From positions 11,677,947 through 11,741,946 of the forward strand of contig NC_134030.1 in assembly GCF_964204645.1 (NCBI RefSeq): a stretch of 64,000 nucleotides of DNA. Direction: 5' to 3'. The position numbers and the translations under genes are program-made. The DNA is from Tubulanus polymorphus. Its lineage: Eukaryota; Animalia; Nemertea. A model generated the notes under the pieces. That model had not been told where the DNA came from, did not search any database, and worked only from the letters and a program-made list of their open reading frames with translations. How positions within the stretch are numbered: the first letter of the stretch is position 1; each line of letters starts with the position of its first letter. Below, in pieces: positions 14,040 through 27,658 of the stretch.

Positions 14040-14600
14040 GCTTCATCTAAACGTTGGGAGAAGTGAAGAAACTGTTACTTTCTTCTGTAATCTCGTATGT
14101 CATCCAAGTCTTTTCCAGTCAGCCACTATTTGTTGATAAACAACTAAACTAACACGATAACTGGGCCAGCAAAGCCAAGTGGGTCATAAACTGAGGCTGC
14201 TTGTGAAACTACAGACCGTTTAGTATTTGTTGTTGTTGTAACCAGCTGAGCCTGACATAACGAAATGAGGTCATTTCTAGTAATCCAGCTCAGCTCATTC
14301 ATAGAACTGACACTTCTTCTGTGGGGTACTGAATTTCATCGACTTTCACTGCATTGCTTACCGGTTTTGAGTTCGAGACCCACTGACGTAAGTGGAAACC
14401 TGCGCCGTTGAGAATGTTTGTTGATTTGATGATTGTATGTTTGATGATTGATAATATGACAGAGCATCGACCTTTCATATCACACTTGTGAGTAGATTAT
14501 CAACGTAAAATCTGTTGATCGTATCCGCTGCGATCCAAGAATCGCTTTAATGCAAATGTTTATTCAACACTGCCGCTAGCATGACCGGGCTAGCAGTAAT
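14040..14600 (-). pseudogene. Second BEL/Pao RT fragment (different element)
   Basis: Minus-strand FYVDNLLTSV, GFHLRQWVSNS and TKRSVVSQAASVYDPLGFAGP. Confidence 0.8.
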
Positions 14601-16156
14601 TTTATTCTTTTCGGGGTCAGAAATTTCAACAAATCCGCAGGGTCGCAAAAAAAGAAAACACTGAATTTTTCCTGATTTCGTAATTACTTCTCAGTTGTTT
14701 GGTTTCTTTGGTTGCCTCGATGTTGATCCTCTGAATCCTCTAGATATCTGATTTCCTTCATATGAAACGTGTCGGGGTCATCTGGGGTCATCCTGACCCC
14801 CAGGGTTTTCAAATAAGTCTACTAAAAATGAAACTTTTTCAAATGAAATTCCAGAAATCGTTCAATTTCATTCAAGCATTTTTATTTAGTTATAAGATTG
14901 CATTTTGAGATTTTTTTTGTCACAAGATTGAATAGTATTTCTTAGCGATATTTGAGTTGGGTGTGGTATACCTCGAAGCAATGAATATGGTGCGAAACCG
15001 GCTTTTCTCGGCATGTCTCGCTTGTGCGACGGGCACCACCTATACGGTCGCTGCAGATTTAACAATCGGCGGCGGAGTTCCGCTGACGAAGGACATGAAC
15101 CTTCTCATTTAGTCTTTCCCGCGGTGGTCCTTGTGAGCATCGACCTATCTTTCTTGGGGCGTCATCGGTGCATGATTGAACCAGTTGTTCAATTAATTAT
15201 ACGAAATTTTAGTAATATGGTCAGACGAACAACAACGCCAGCAGCAGCGTTTTGGAGTTTGTACAGTTGACATTCGTAACACAATTCACAACTTTCTTCC
15301 ACCATTGATTTTCTACCGTTGTCGTCGTACTTATTGAGTTGGTCATGTAGGTCAACTCCTGACATATGGCATTGTTGTCGCAAACCACTGTTGGCTTCGT
15401 AACCGGGTTGCGTTGCCAACGGCGATTTTCTTGCGATCTTTCGTCTCTGCGACCGAACGATGAAATCATAGAAATGATTCGTTTGTCTCGCCAGTTCATA
15501 ATCATGATATTCTCGTTCCGATAAGCAATAATTCCGCCGGGCTCCATTCTCGAATTTTTTTCAGGTATACCGACCCTGTTCACTTGAATGGTACCCGTAT
15601 AGATGTCCTTTTCTGATAAAGACTCTCTACGAGCGGCAAACCACTAAACAGGCGGTCACAAAAAATATGGTGCCCACGATTGACGAATGGAGGAAAAACA
15701 CCGAGGACACTTTATCCAGTTTTGGTCAATCCCGGTTCGACAACCTGGGCGTCGTCACAGCCACAATACAACTTGGCATTGGGCAGATACCCTGCGGGCA
15801 TGCAACCGTTTTCAAAAGAAGCCCCCACTTATTTGGCTTTATGGACAATATTGTTTGTATGCCAGTCTTCCCTTGAATCCGATCATGGATTTGTTCATCG
15901 AAATCTCTTGAAATATGTTGTAGTGTCTCTGGAGATTTGTGATGAGACGGTCCAAGAGCGGAGTGATCTTATGACCCCGCGCTGGGGCAGAATCGTTCAG
16001 GTCCGTGTGACAAACATGTAGCATTGTATGAGTAACGCAAAACCGATTAGCACTCATCGCATCGGATCGTTTTCGGTCCATTTTACGATCCAGTACATAG
16101 CAACGCTGGGCAGGCCAATGATGCCCATATTAAACATGATAGTTGACTAGGGTTAA
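14600..16156 (-). mobile_element. piggyBac transposase remnant
   Basis: MGIIGLPSVAMYW, SMIGFKGRLAYKQYCP, WRDKRIISMISS, MSGVDLHDQ; minus-strand TTAA-CCCTAG at 16156; ggggtca...tgacccc subterminal palindrome at ~14780. Confidence 0.85.
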
Positions 16157-16730
16157 TCAAATAATGATATAAATATTAATAACGTCTGGGGAAACAAAAA
16201 AAAAACAAATAAAAATAATGATTTAATGGGAACAGTTGGATTTAACGAAGAAAACAAGAAATTTAAATATCTTAGTCTAAGGGAATAGTTCAGAAAACCT
16301 GATTCAGAAACTTGGTATGTAGTGTTGGTGGTTGGAAATATATTTCTAGTCGGAGAGTGGTTGATGGAGGCTGCAGATTCTGTAGAAACCATACTATATT
16401 TGGTAGGGAGAGATCACGTGGTTGAAACTTGGTAGAGGGAGAGACTAGTTAAGTTGGGGAAACAAGTAGAGGGAGAGAGTTCGAATTTTGGCAGCCACCA
16501 GTACAGTTGTCAGTAGATCCTATGAGATTGCCTGGTTGTTAGTTTATTTTTTGGAGAAGTCATCTTAAGAGGCAAGCGATCAATGGTGGGGAACCCGGGC
16601 AATTTTTGACAACTATTAAGAGGAAAAGTGAGCGCAGAAGAAAACTATAAGAACAGCGAACTCGGGGAAAATTCAAGCGCGAACGGAAGACTCAAATACT
16701 TTGGACGTGAAGAAAAATTTGACGTAAGTT

Positions 16731-18979
16731 GTGAAAATGAATGTGCCGGTCTTTAGTTTGGAAAACAGTCAAGCTACATCACCAGACTTTGTGAGTAAAA
16801 TTAATCAGTTGCAGACTCAAATTGCTACTTTGGAAGCGGGTACAACGGTAACCCCAGACGGGCTAGCTTTTAGGCTGATATTCACTTTTCTGGGGATGCA
16901 GATGAAGATATTGTAGATTTTTTGCGGGATTTTCAAATAAGAGTTGAGTTTGGGGGGTGGAAAAAGAGTAAAGCGCTGGCCGCTTTACCGATGTACTTGA
17001 AAGGGCGTGCACGAGAGTACTATTACTATTTACGATTAAACCCTCCGCTTGATGCTGAAAATAAGATCATAGAGAGATCATTAGAGGAAATTTTAGATTT
17101 GTTTAAAGAAAAGTTTGTAACTTAGCAATTTGTAACTCAGCAACAATTTTACATGTTGAGATGAATGAATGTGAGTCACTTGACTCGTATATTAGGAGGT
17201 TACTATACTTGGCTGGTAAACTTGAGAAGTCGGGTGAGGACCTGTTGCACCCATTTCTGCATGGGTTGCTACCAGCCACAAAGGCGTTTGTAATTGGGAA
17301 ATGCCCAATCAATTTTGACCAGGCGATAACTTATGCCAGATTATCGCAGGAACTTGAAAAAATATCACCGGCACAGGCATCAATCAGGTCATTGAATATA
17401 GATTATTCCCGTCAGATAGCCTTAGAGCAGGAAGTAAAAGGTTTAAATGAGAAATTGACTGAGTTGTTGCAGTTACAAAAGGGTGAAACGAGTCAAAACA
17501 AATCTCGACCGATTAGATTATCGGATGGTTGACCATACTGCGAGTATTGTCAAACGGTAGGGCATACAACATCAAGATGCCGAATATGCCATAATTGGGG
17601 TCGTCGTGGTCATATCGCCCGACAATGTCGGAGTCCACGGCAAAACTATAATAATCCGACAAGTGCCAACCGCCTACCGCAACGACAATATTCACAAGTG
17701 AGGCAACCAGCTGATAATCGATTTGATCGTTTCCGGGAAAGTTCAGTTTATCGAGATAATTCACGTGAACCGCCACCTCTAAGACAGCAAGCTCAATCAT
17801 TTATACCACGAAATAGAACGCACACAGTGAATAGTTTATATGAATTTGAGACCCCGCCTCCGGGAAACGAGTAAGGGCCTATGATTACGGGGTGAATCAA
17901 GGTCCTATAGCCACATCGGCATTTACGAACGGACATTCAGGTGAATCTAATTATGATGATAGATATGATTATTTACAAAGCTATAATGAGTTTAGAGAGA
18001 GAAACTTCCCTTCAGAATATGAGCAGAATTATTTTGAGCCTTATGCTTACGATAAGACAGACGATCGGTATGGTAATGAGTTTATTTTAACGGACAGGTG
18101 CGATGGGTATAATATGTGTAGGTCTGCTGGCGAGGATCCCAGACGAAATATGAATAGTTTAGTGTATACTGATGAATCTATGGGGGTATCCGCACTTAGT
18201 GAAAATAAACCGTTTATGAAAACAGATAGTAATTTATCGGAAAAAGTCTGTCAGAAGCAGAAAGTAAATCTGAAAGAATTGAATCGAATAGCCTATTGAA
18301 TTTAAATAGAGAAGATATTACATTGAGTTATGATGGTATGAATAATAAATTTGATAGTAAAATTAGTAATGATTGCGATAGTCAGATTGAATCTACCGCA
18401 GTAAATGATGGAGAGATAGATAATGAAAATGTTTCTAGTTTTAGCTCATACTCCGAAGGAGAGGAAAATTCAAAAATTATATCAAAGAAGGAATTAGAAG
18501 AAAAGTGTATACAAAATCAGTATGGAAGTGAAACTAAGAAAATTAAAAAACGTGTAAGTTTTGATAAGATGTCCGACGTAAATGCGGAGGTTCAAATTGC
18601 CTCAAAGATAACTCGTGAACCCAGATGTTGGGACCCTGGGGAGAATGACAAAAGGTCCGATGAAGATTTAGTAGATACATGTACGCGAAATCAATGTGAA
18701 ATGGAATCGGCGAAAATTAAGAAACATGTAAAATTCGATGAAATGTCTGAATTAGACACCGAAGAACAAAATACCTCTGAAATAGGTCGTGAATTTAAAT
18801 TGTGGGACCCTGGTGAAGAAATCATTGAAATGTGCAAGTGGGCAGCAAATAAATTACAGAAACTTCAGTGTCGAAATGAAGGAACGAACGATACTAATTT
18901 TAAGAAATGCGAAAAATTATATTCAAGGTCTGGAAATGAAATTCTAAATGATGTGTCTGAATTTTTTGACGCCTTATAA
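16731..18979 (+). pseudogene. Gypsy gag with zinc knuckles and a long acidic extension
   Basis: FSG..DED-type start, LPMYLKGRAREYY, ESLDSYIRRL..L, FLHGL; CEYCQTVGH and CHNWGRRGHIARQC at ~17535-17630; frameshifted. Confidence 0.8.
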
Positions 18980-19099
18980 AACGTTACCATTATGAAACCT
19001 AAACAATGTTAACCATTCAGCGTCATTTTACAAACGACAACCGTAGATCGATGTGCAAAACGTCACAGGTTTATGTGTACACATACAAGCTCTTTGGCA

Positions 19100-20100
19100 A
19101 AATATTATTGATAAAGATATAGAATGGCTCCCTGTGATTATATAATGACCTCTATTTGAACGTCGAAATGTTATATTGCGTTGAATATTTTGAGAAGACG
19201 TATTGTTATAGTAAAGGAAGTATGATTATATCAGGAGCGGCAGGCATAAATAGAAATGATAAGTAAATCGGATTATTCAGTTAAATGGCGGATGTATACA
19301 CGATTTGGAAGTCTGATATAAAAGTCAGACCCTGACATGGGGATGCTAGTGGAATGACGAAGCTATCTACGATCTGTGTAGGGCCGGTGTGAATTTCATC
19401 GGCGGCTGCTACAAGCGGTCTATTCAAAAACGTGTAAACATATAATTTCAATATTCAAATGTTTTAGCAAATATGTTCGATATTAGGGGTATGCAGGTTT
19501 CATGAGATTAGCAATTTATAATAGCATAGCTGTCATATACGGCTCCGCGTCCACTGATGGCATCTGATGGCAATACTTTATTGATCCTTATTACATTGAA
19601 ATTCCGGGATAATATTCCCAAATTCAATAAAGTTACAAATTTCAAAATAAGAAAATACAAAATACAAGTCACACGGGTAATTCATACAGAATAACATGAA
19701 TAAGTTATTTAAATGACAATGTCTACTTCCACCCAGACTCGAGTCTAGGATATCGAGTGACAGCCAAACCGGGCCCCGGGACCAGGCCGGCTGGCTACAC
19801 GATATGCTCAAAGTCATGATGAAGCAGACACCAGAAGAGCTCTTTCTTCAACCATGGAGGCAATGACGTTGTAGACCAGCTTAGAGGCAAAAGTGAATCG
19901 AAGTCGGTCACAAGTTGACAATTTTTTTTAAATTAGACCAGTCGAAGACTGTATCATCTACCCAATCGCCAAATCTCATAATTCCCCAAATTTCTTAAAA
20001 CTTCGATTTCAATTTTGCAATTCCACATTAGCTTATCCCTGAAATTCTACATTTTTTCGCAGGCGTCAAATAATTTATTAAAGTTAATTTTCTTGTTGAT
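19100..20100. mobile_element. Non-coding ~1-kb interspersed element inserted in the Gypsy between gag and protease
   Basis: Reverse-complement match to 25515-26480 over ~1 kb. Confidence 0.85.
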
Positions 20101-23100
20101 TGATGTTTCTGCTGGAACTTATGCTGTATCTTCTAACAATCCCAGGTTAGAATTCCAAAATAGATGCGAGGCATCTGTTACTGATCTCCAACTAGTCGAG
20201 TGTGAAGATTCCTTGTCTCAAGCCGTTATAGGTGAGGTTTCGGAATTTTTACGAGAACAGTCATTAACCTCTGAATACCCTGCAGAGGATGCTTATTTTA
20301 GTACCGAGAATGATAAACATCCAATCATCTTAGCATCTGTAGCCAGTACAGTTAACGGGAAGATAGGAAACACCCCTTATAATGTTTTAATTGACAGCGG
20401 AGCCATGATCTCTGTAATGGATAGTAGAGTTTATCATTCATCTTCTCTACTTAATAAATTACCTATCGAAGAAGCATCGTTAACCGTGGCGCATTCAGCA
20501 AATGGAACCCCTATATCTTTAGAAGGAACGGTAGATATACCGATTCAAATAGGTTCTGAGCGATTTTCTCAAACAGTATTTTTAGCGAGCCCTATACAAC
20601 AAACTTTGATTTTGGGATTAGATTTCATGAATGAAAAAGGTTGTATTAGATTTTGGTTCAGGAAATATGTCTATAGATAATGGACACCCAATAAAATTAC
20701 CAGATCAAGTTGGTTTGGGTCATCAGGCCAGAGTGAGAACTGTTAATGAAATAGTAGTACCACCGAAATCACAGTACGAAATAAGGGGTAAACTCTCGAA
20801 TTATCTTTCTGACAGCAACCAGGTTCTTTTAGAACCAGATCGCAATCTTGGATTATTATATACTCTGAGGATGAGGAATCTCACTTAGCACATCTGAGAT
20901 TAGTGTTTGAACGACTACGTGATGCGAATTTGAAATTAAAACGACTTAAATGTCATTTCTTTTCTAATAAAGTTAAATATTTAGGTTACTTAGTAACTGA
21001 ATTTGGATTGCTACCATTGGAAGAGAAAATTCATAAGATTGAAGAATGTGCTACTCCAAACTCTCTTAAAACGCTGACTCGAGAGGATTTCTTGGTCTGA
21101 CAGGATTCTTTAGATCATTTGTAAAAGATTATGCCACGATTGCTAAACCCTTAACGTTACTGCTTCAAAAGGATGTTAAATTTGAGTGGTCTGATGAATG
21201 TCAAAAATCATTCGACAATTTGAAGATGGCTCTTCAGTCAGCTCCTGTGTTAGAATTTCCTGATTTCGACAAACCGTTCATTCTGCAGTGTGATGCTAGT
21301 AACTTTGCTTGCGGAATGGTTTTAAGTCAAATTTCAGACGATGGCAAGGAGCATCCTATTTCGTATGCATCAAAACAGTTCACAAAAGCCGAACTTAATT
21401 ACAATACCACGCGCAAAGAATTAGCCGCCATACTGTACGGTGTCCGTCATTTTCGGCCATTTCTTTATGGCAAACCGTTTATCATTCAAACTGATCATGC
21501 GGCATTGTCTTACGTTAAGCGAATGAAAAATCCTACCCCACAGGTATTACAAGTGTTAGATGAGTTATCGGAGTATGATTTTGAAATTAAACACAAGCCC
21601 GGTAGAATTCACGGTAACGCAGATGGGTTAAGCAGAATGAATTTCGGATCCAACACCAAGATTTATGAATTAGCACGTGTTGATGTAGATAATATTCGCA
21701 ATGAGCAATTAAAAGACAGGCATTTATCTGACATGAAAAATTATTTGGAAAATGGTACTTTATCTGATGACGAGTCGGACGCAAGATTAGTTCTACTAGA
21801 AGCTGATCAATATAACTTGAATGAAAAAGGGGTTTTATATCATATCCCAAGGCCGTAGAAGGATGCAAACGGAGATTATTTCTTACAATTAGTAGTACCC
21901 GAATAATTAAAACAAGAAATTCCGCAATTTATACATGACGAGAATATTTCTGGGCATTTTGGTATACCTAAGACTTATTCTAGAATATATCGAAACTATT
22001 TTTGGAAGAATTTGTATCGAGATGTATCTCATTTTGTATCCAGCTGTTCTAATTGTAATCAGCGAAAGTAGTCTAATAGACGTGGTCATGCACCATTACA
22101 ACCACAGGAAATTCCTGATGGCCCTGTTGTCAAAATATCGGTAGATTGTGTGGGACCCTTGACAAGGTCAAGTGACGGGATGAACCAAATTGTGGTCTTT
22201 GTGTGTACTTTTACACGATATTGTGAAGCATTTGCGGTTCCTGATATAACTGCTCTTACTATTGCTAGAATCATGTATGATGAAATTTTCCTAAGATATG
22301 CTTTCCCTAAAGAATTATTAAGTGATCGCGGAAGTAATTTTTTAAGTGAAATTGTGGAGGAAACACTTTAATTCTCGAATATCACCCATAAGAAGACTGC
22401 ATCATTCAATCTTAAATGCAATGGTCTCTGTGAAGTTACGAACAAGTCAATTAAAACCTTATTATCTATGATGATTTCTGATAATAAAACCGATTGGACT
22501 ACTCACTTGCGTGCTGCAGTCTTTGCGTATAATACTAGTCCAATGAAGTCAATATATCGAATTATAGTCCATTTTACTATTTTATAGTCCATGTTTTTAA
22601 GGCATCCGAACATGCCGCTAGATAGTGCGTTATTGGAACCTATGTATAATCCTCTAAAGATAAACACACATGTCAGACTGGCCCGAGATAAATTACGGTA
22701 TGTTTACAAGATAGGTGCGTTCCTTACGGCACAAGCTCCATTCAAAAAGATCAGCGATAAACGTGCTATCCCGGTCAACTTTGAAGTTGGGGACCACTGT
22801 TGGGTTTTCTTTCCAAATTATAAGAAATGGTTGACTAGGAAGTTACAAAAGCGTTATCGTGGACCCTTCCAGATTGTAAAGTCAATAGGTCCCTCTACAT
22901 TTAGAGTCAAATGTGTTAAAACTGGTAAATATATGAAAAGTCCTGTAGCAGCAGATAGTTTGAAGAAGTTTGTTCACTGGGACGATCTTCCAATAGGAAA
23001 TCAAGACGCTGGTTTTGGTGAACCTTTAAGATCGGATTTAGCAAATCAGGAAGATGAGTTAGTTGATATTCCAGATGACATTTTTATAGTTAAAGAGATT

Positions 23101-23250
23101 TTAGATGATAAAGTTATCAATGGTAAACGCCATTTTAAGATATGGTGGGTGGGTTATACGAAAGGCGAGTCTACTTTCGAACCTGAGGAAAATATATTAA
23201 ACCCGAGTTTAATTGAGAACTTTTTTAAAACGAAGAAACTAAAGGAATAA
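20100..23250 (+). pseudogene. Gypsy pol: protease, RT (core deleted), RNase H, integrase with C-terminal chromodomain
   Basis: LIDSGAMISV; IIIYSEDEESHLAHL; CDASNFACGMVL...TDHAAL...HGNADGLSR; SDRGSNF; RYRGPFQI; IVKEILDDK...FKIWWVGY...TFEPEENI. Confidence 0.92.
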
Positions 23251-23303
23251 GTTTGGTTCACGGAATGTAGTAACTATATTTCGTTCTCTTTTACGATACT
23301 ACT

Positions 23304-24020
23304 ATGAGGCTTTACATTTTATTACTGGCTGTTTACATGACGACGTTGGAACCGGTTGACACTTCGGCGAATTCAGTTGTTATGTTGAATTGGGGAATTG
23401 TCTTCAATAAGTTCACAAATATTCTTAATGGTGTTTCCAAGTATAGGCATACCTTCTGTATTCCCTGGCCTAAATTTGACCTAGATATTATAACCCCTCT
23501 ATCATGCCCTATAAATTATCATTTTCACCCGTATAACGGTTGTGGGATGTTAAATACGATTATTGAGCGATTAAATTCTCAGATTAAAGAAACACGAACA
23601 CGGCTTAACGCTAATATGAATACCGTTAAATCTTTGATTCCTGTTAGGGCAAGTGGTCGTGGGAAAAGAGCTTTATTAAACTTGTAGGGAATTTTGCGAA
23701 ATCGCTTTTTGGCACAGCTACTAAGAGGATGTAGACGCACTTAGGCAACATGTCCTCAAAGTGGAGTCAGGGGTAACTTGCCTTGGCTGATCAGGTTGTA
23801 CAAGACGGCAAGTTGCTTAATTCATTCATGAACACAACTAACGAAAGGCTTGATAATGCTATGGTGGCCATCAAAGAGAATCATGAAACAATTAAGAGGT
23901 TTACCGATTCTTATAATATTTTGACTATAGAGTACCGAAATTCTCGGAAGGAAATATTTCATAAATTGGATGGTTTAAATGTCACAGTTTCGGTTTTGTC
24001 CACAATTTTCACAATAGCCG
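23304..24020 (+). pseudogene. env-like fusion glycoprotein (baculovirus F / errantivirus Env-like), frameshifted and 3'-truncated
   Basis: Signal peptide MRLYILLLAVY, NWGIVF, two Cys, furin site RGKR, then (after a 1-nt frameshift) fusion-peptide-like ALLN-VGNFAKSLFGTAT and heptad repeats. Confidence 0.8.
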
Positions 24021-25514
24021 TCCTCTTATTGGTGACACTCAGAACGCACGGCTCATATTTCTATTGTGCGCCTATCGCGCGCTGCGCGTGAATCACTTAT
24101 GTTATCTTTTCTGTAAATGTGAAGACCTCGGGGGGCATTATGTTCTCTAAAGCCCAATATTATCCCAAATTCCGGACTGTTAATAGGTTGATTTTACGGC
24201 AGAGTCGACATGTTTCAACAATTTTTAACTGTTCATTTATGAATATTTGAGGACTTATGAACTAAAAATTAGTTAAATTTTTGATATATTTTGAGAAAGT
24301 CACAAAACATTTGAGACTGCGTTGATAGAATGTCCGCCGTGCAAGCAATTAATTTCGAGGCCTAACGCAAAAAAATACATAAAGCTCGTAGTAAACGCAT
24401 ACAAAGACTGATAAAATAGCCTTTCTCAAATTATCCTCCAAAAGATTCACAACCACACTTATGTGAACCTTATGAATTAGGCCTACCAAACCAATGAGAG
24501 AAAATAATCTCAGCCCCTGAACCTCCTTGAACAAAGTGTTCAAAAACAAAATTAACAAAAGGATGTTCCATCAAAAACAAATGTCTTTTATTATCATAAT
24601 ACTCCTTGTCTTATGAAATAAGATCATAGATATTAGCATTGTGTTTTGGTTGTGTAACCAAACGAGCGTCGAAACGACGGTTGAAACGTTGCGTTACATA
24701 GTTCACGTAGGGATTTAGGTCAATTTCTTGGATGTTACTAGGAATTAGCGTTATGCGTTTTCCGATTCGGTGTTTTTTCATTAGGCGTTTTTCGAATACC
24801 GCGAGAAAACGAAACTTTTTGAAAACCAAAAACGGGCTGTTGTTCTATCCGCAGAAAATTTTTTAGTATGGCCCTAATCATCCACTATATGATATGCATA
24901 CCAAATAGATTCTTCATTCCTTGAGTCATCTTCACCCGTCAAGGGATTCAAACCTACTACGCTAAAGCTGTTCCCCGAATCACAGCGCTTGTAACAAACC
25001 GTCAGTAGACTTCTGTTGGTTTTCCCGTTAAATTGACCAATCAGCGAACGATTTACCGAACAAGGAAGTAATCGATATATGACGTCACGCGCAACAGCGC
25101 CAGTAATGAATTCACGCTTCGTGAGGCCAGGGGTCTGGTGGAAGCGAGTTCGGGAGTGATACCGGACCCCTGGCAAGCGAGGATGTCCTTGAGTCTGTAA
25201 GGCAAAATTGGCAGAATTTTAGCCCCAATATTTACACCCTCCTATGAATGTTTTTCTCAGAGTATAACATGTGTTTTTCACTTGGTTCAAGTTTTAAGTA
25301 AACAAAAACTGGCCAACCCAATTCCACACACGAAATCCTATGAATCCTATGAGATTGATAACATTTATCAAATGTTTGACTGTGATAACATTAATTTTTC
25401 TCAAACAACCTTTTTCTATCTACGGATAGGGGCTAATTACACTTAAATGGATTTCGTGATGAATTGACTGATTGAAAAATTTGTTGATATGTTTCTGAGT
25501 TCCACTCCAAAAGT

Positions 25515-26480
25515 AAACAAGAAAATTAATTTTAATAAATTATTTGACGCCTGCGAAAAATGTGTAAAATTTTTGGGATTGGCTAATGTGGAATTGCAAA
25601 TTTGAAATCGAAGTTTTAAGAAATTTGGGGAATTATGAGATTCGGCGATTGGGTAGGTGATACGAGGTCTTAGTAGTGGTCTTAATTTTTTCATTGAAAA
25701 TTGTCAATAATTGATAACTTGCAACCGACGTCATTCACTTTTGCCTCTAAGTTAGCCTGCAACTTCATTGCCTCCATGGTTGAGGAGAGCTGACTGTCTG
25801 ACTGTCTGCTTCATCTGGGACTTTGGATGATGAGCATATGGTGTGGCCTAGCCGGTCCGGTCCCGGTTTGGCTGTCACTCGATATTTCATTTAAAACAAA
25901 CTTGTTTATGCTATTCTGTATGAATTGTGCGTGTTTTGTATGTTGTATTTTCTTATTCTAAAATTTGTAACTTTATTGAATTTGGGAAATTTAAGGATCA
26001 ATAACGAATTGAATTGCCACCTAATACACATGCCACCAGAGGACGCGGAGCCGTATATGACAGCTATGCTATTATACATTGCTAATCTCATGAAACCTGC
26101 ATACCCCTAATATCGAACATATTTTCTAAAACATTTAAATAAAGAAATTATATGTTTACACATTTCTATATTGACCGCTTGTAGCCGCCGATGAAATTCA
26201 CGTCGTAGATAGCCTCGTCATTCCAACAGCATCCCCATGTCAGGGTCTTCCTTTTATATCAGACTTCCAAATCGTGTATACATCCGCCATCTTGACCGAA
26301 TAATCCGATTTACTTATGATTTCGATTTATGCCTGCCGCTTCTGATATAATCATACATCCATTACTATTACAAAACGTCTAATGATATTCAATGCAATAT
26401 AACATTTCGACGTTCAAATACCTATGGCTCATTATATAATCACAGGAAGCCATTCTACATCTGTGTCAAATATATTCTGA
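25515..26480. mobile_element. Second, inverted copy of the 19100-20100 element
   Basis: aacaagaaaattaattttaataaattatttgacgcctgcg ... cacaggaagccattctac is the reverse complement of 19100-20100. Confidence 0.85.
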
Positions 26481-27658
26481 CGAATAGCTAATGTCTATTT
26501 CAACCTGACTTGAGAGCATTCCGGGTGGCCTAGCCGGTTCCTGAACTTCGCTGAAAAAGCTGAATCACTGAAACGCTGAAACGCTGAAATAAAAACGCTG
26601 AAATTTCAGGGAATTTCCGAAAAATGCCGAAATTTTAGGGAATTCCCGAAAAACGCTGAAATCGTGCTAGGTACCAACAATACACGTTTTGAAATATTTT
26701 CCGGGCCGGTGTCCGCTGCCGAGTCCTGAACCGTGTTTTAGTCTCTACCTTCGGTTACAGAGACATGCATGGACAGTATGTGTGGAGTATACTTCTAGAG
26801 GGCCACTTGTTGGACAAATTAATTCGCTTGAAATCCGGATTTTTAATGCATACAGGCAGCATAATGCATACAGGCAGCATAATGAGGAAAACCCATTCAC
26901 TAACCGTGCAAGCCAACTTAAACACTATGCTCAATATTCCCTGCAAGACGCAAAATATCTTATTTGAACGTTCATGTATAAAACATGCAGCAACTTTTCT
27001 TTTGTCAACACGTTGATGGGCGACGGACTATGTCACTATGGTATTCTATGAAGGAGGTAAATTAAATTTGACAGCTAGTTATATAAATGATGCAGCTTTT
27101 GGACAAAAGGGATCTAACTAAATTTCTTTTTAATTCACTGTGGAATGGAATGGAATGGATTGACGCCAATGGCATGCAGTAGGCCCCTACGTATGGGTCA
27201 TACCAAAAATTCATAAAGACTAAAAATGTACAACTTTTTTGCTGACTTTTGAGGTAACTTTGAAAGCCTGTAACTCAATAAGTGTTTGGGTTATATTCAT
27301 CATGAATGTACCGCATGAAACAGAAGAACGTGCTTTTTCTAAGGGGCGTTAAATGTAATAGCCAGGAATAGCCAGAACCGTGTAATTAGCATTTATAAAC
27401 TCCTATGAATGACTTCATTTAGGCCTTCATTCACAGGCAGTTTCCCTAGCACTCAGTTCCTAATGTGAAACACAGAGTGCAGCACTAGCGTATTCCATAC
27501 ATATATGGTGGGTTACTGGCTGGGTTCCAGCTTAACACGTGGGGTTATATTTTGATCCGAGTCCGTGGGTCAACAAAAGGTTACCGACATGTGTTTTAAG
27601 ATAAATAACATATAAGCAGCAATGTTTCAGTATTCTTCTCCACACTGTAATAGTGACC

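Noticed and set aside
16160-16600. 5' LTR and PBS of the env-bearing Gypsy
   Set aside because: Several TGG candidates but no matching 3' LTR in the window, so no boundary can be defined.
25842-25856. Third tggcctagccggt resembling the P-element left junction
   Set aside because: No TIR continues from it; it belongs to the 1-kb repeat and is likely chance.
19100-26480. The 1-kb repeat pair as LTRs of the Gypsy element
   Set aside because: The copies are inverted rather than direct, and one lies inside the coding region.
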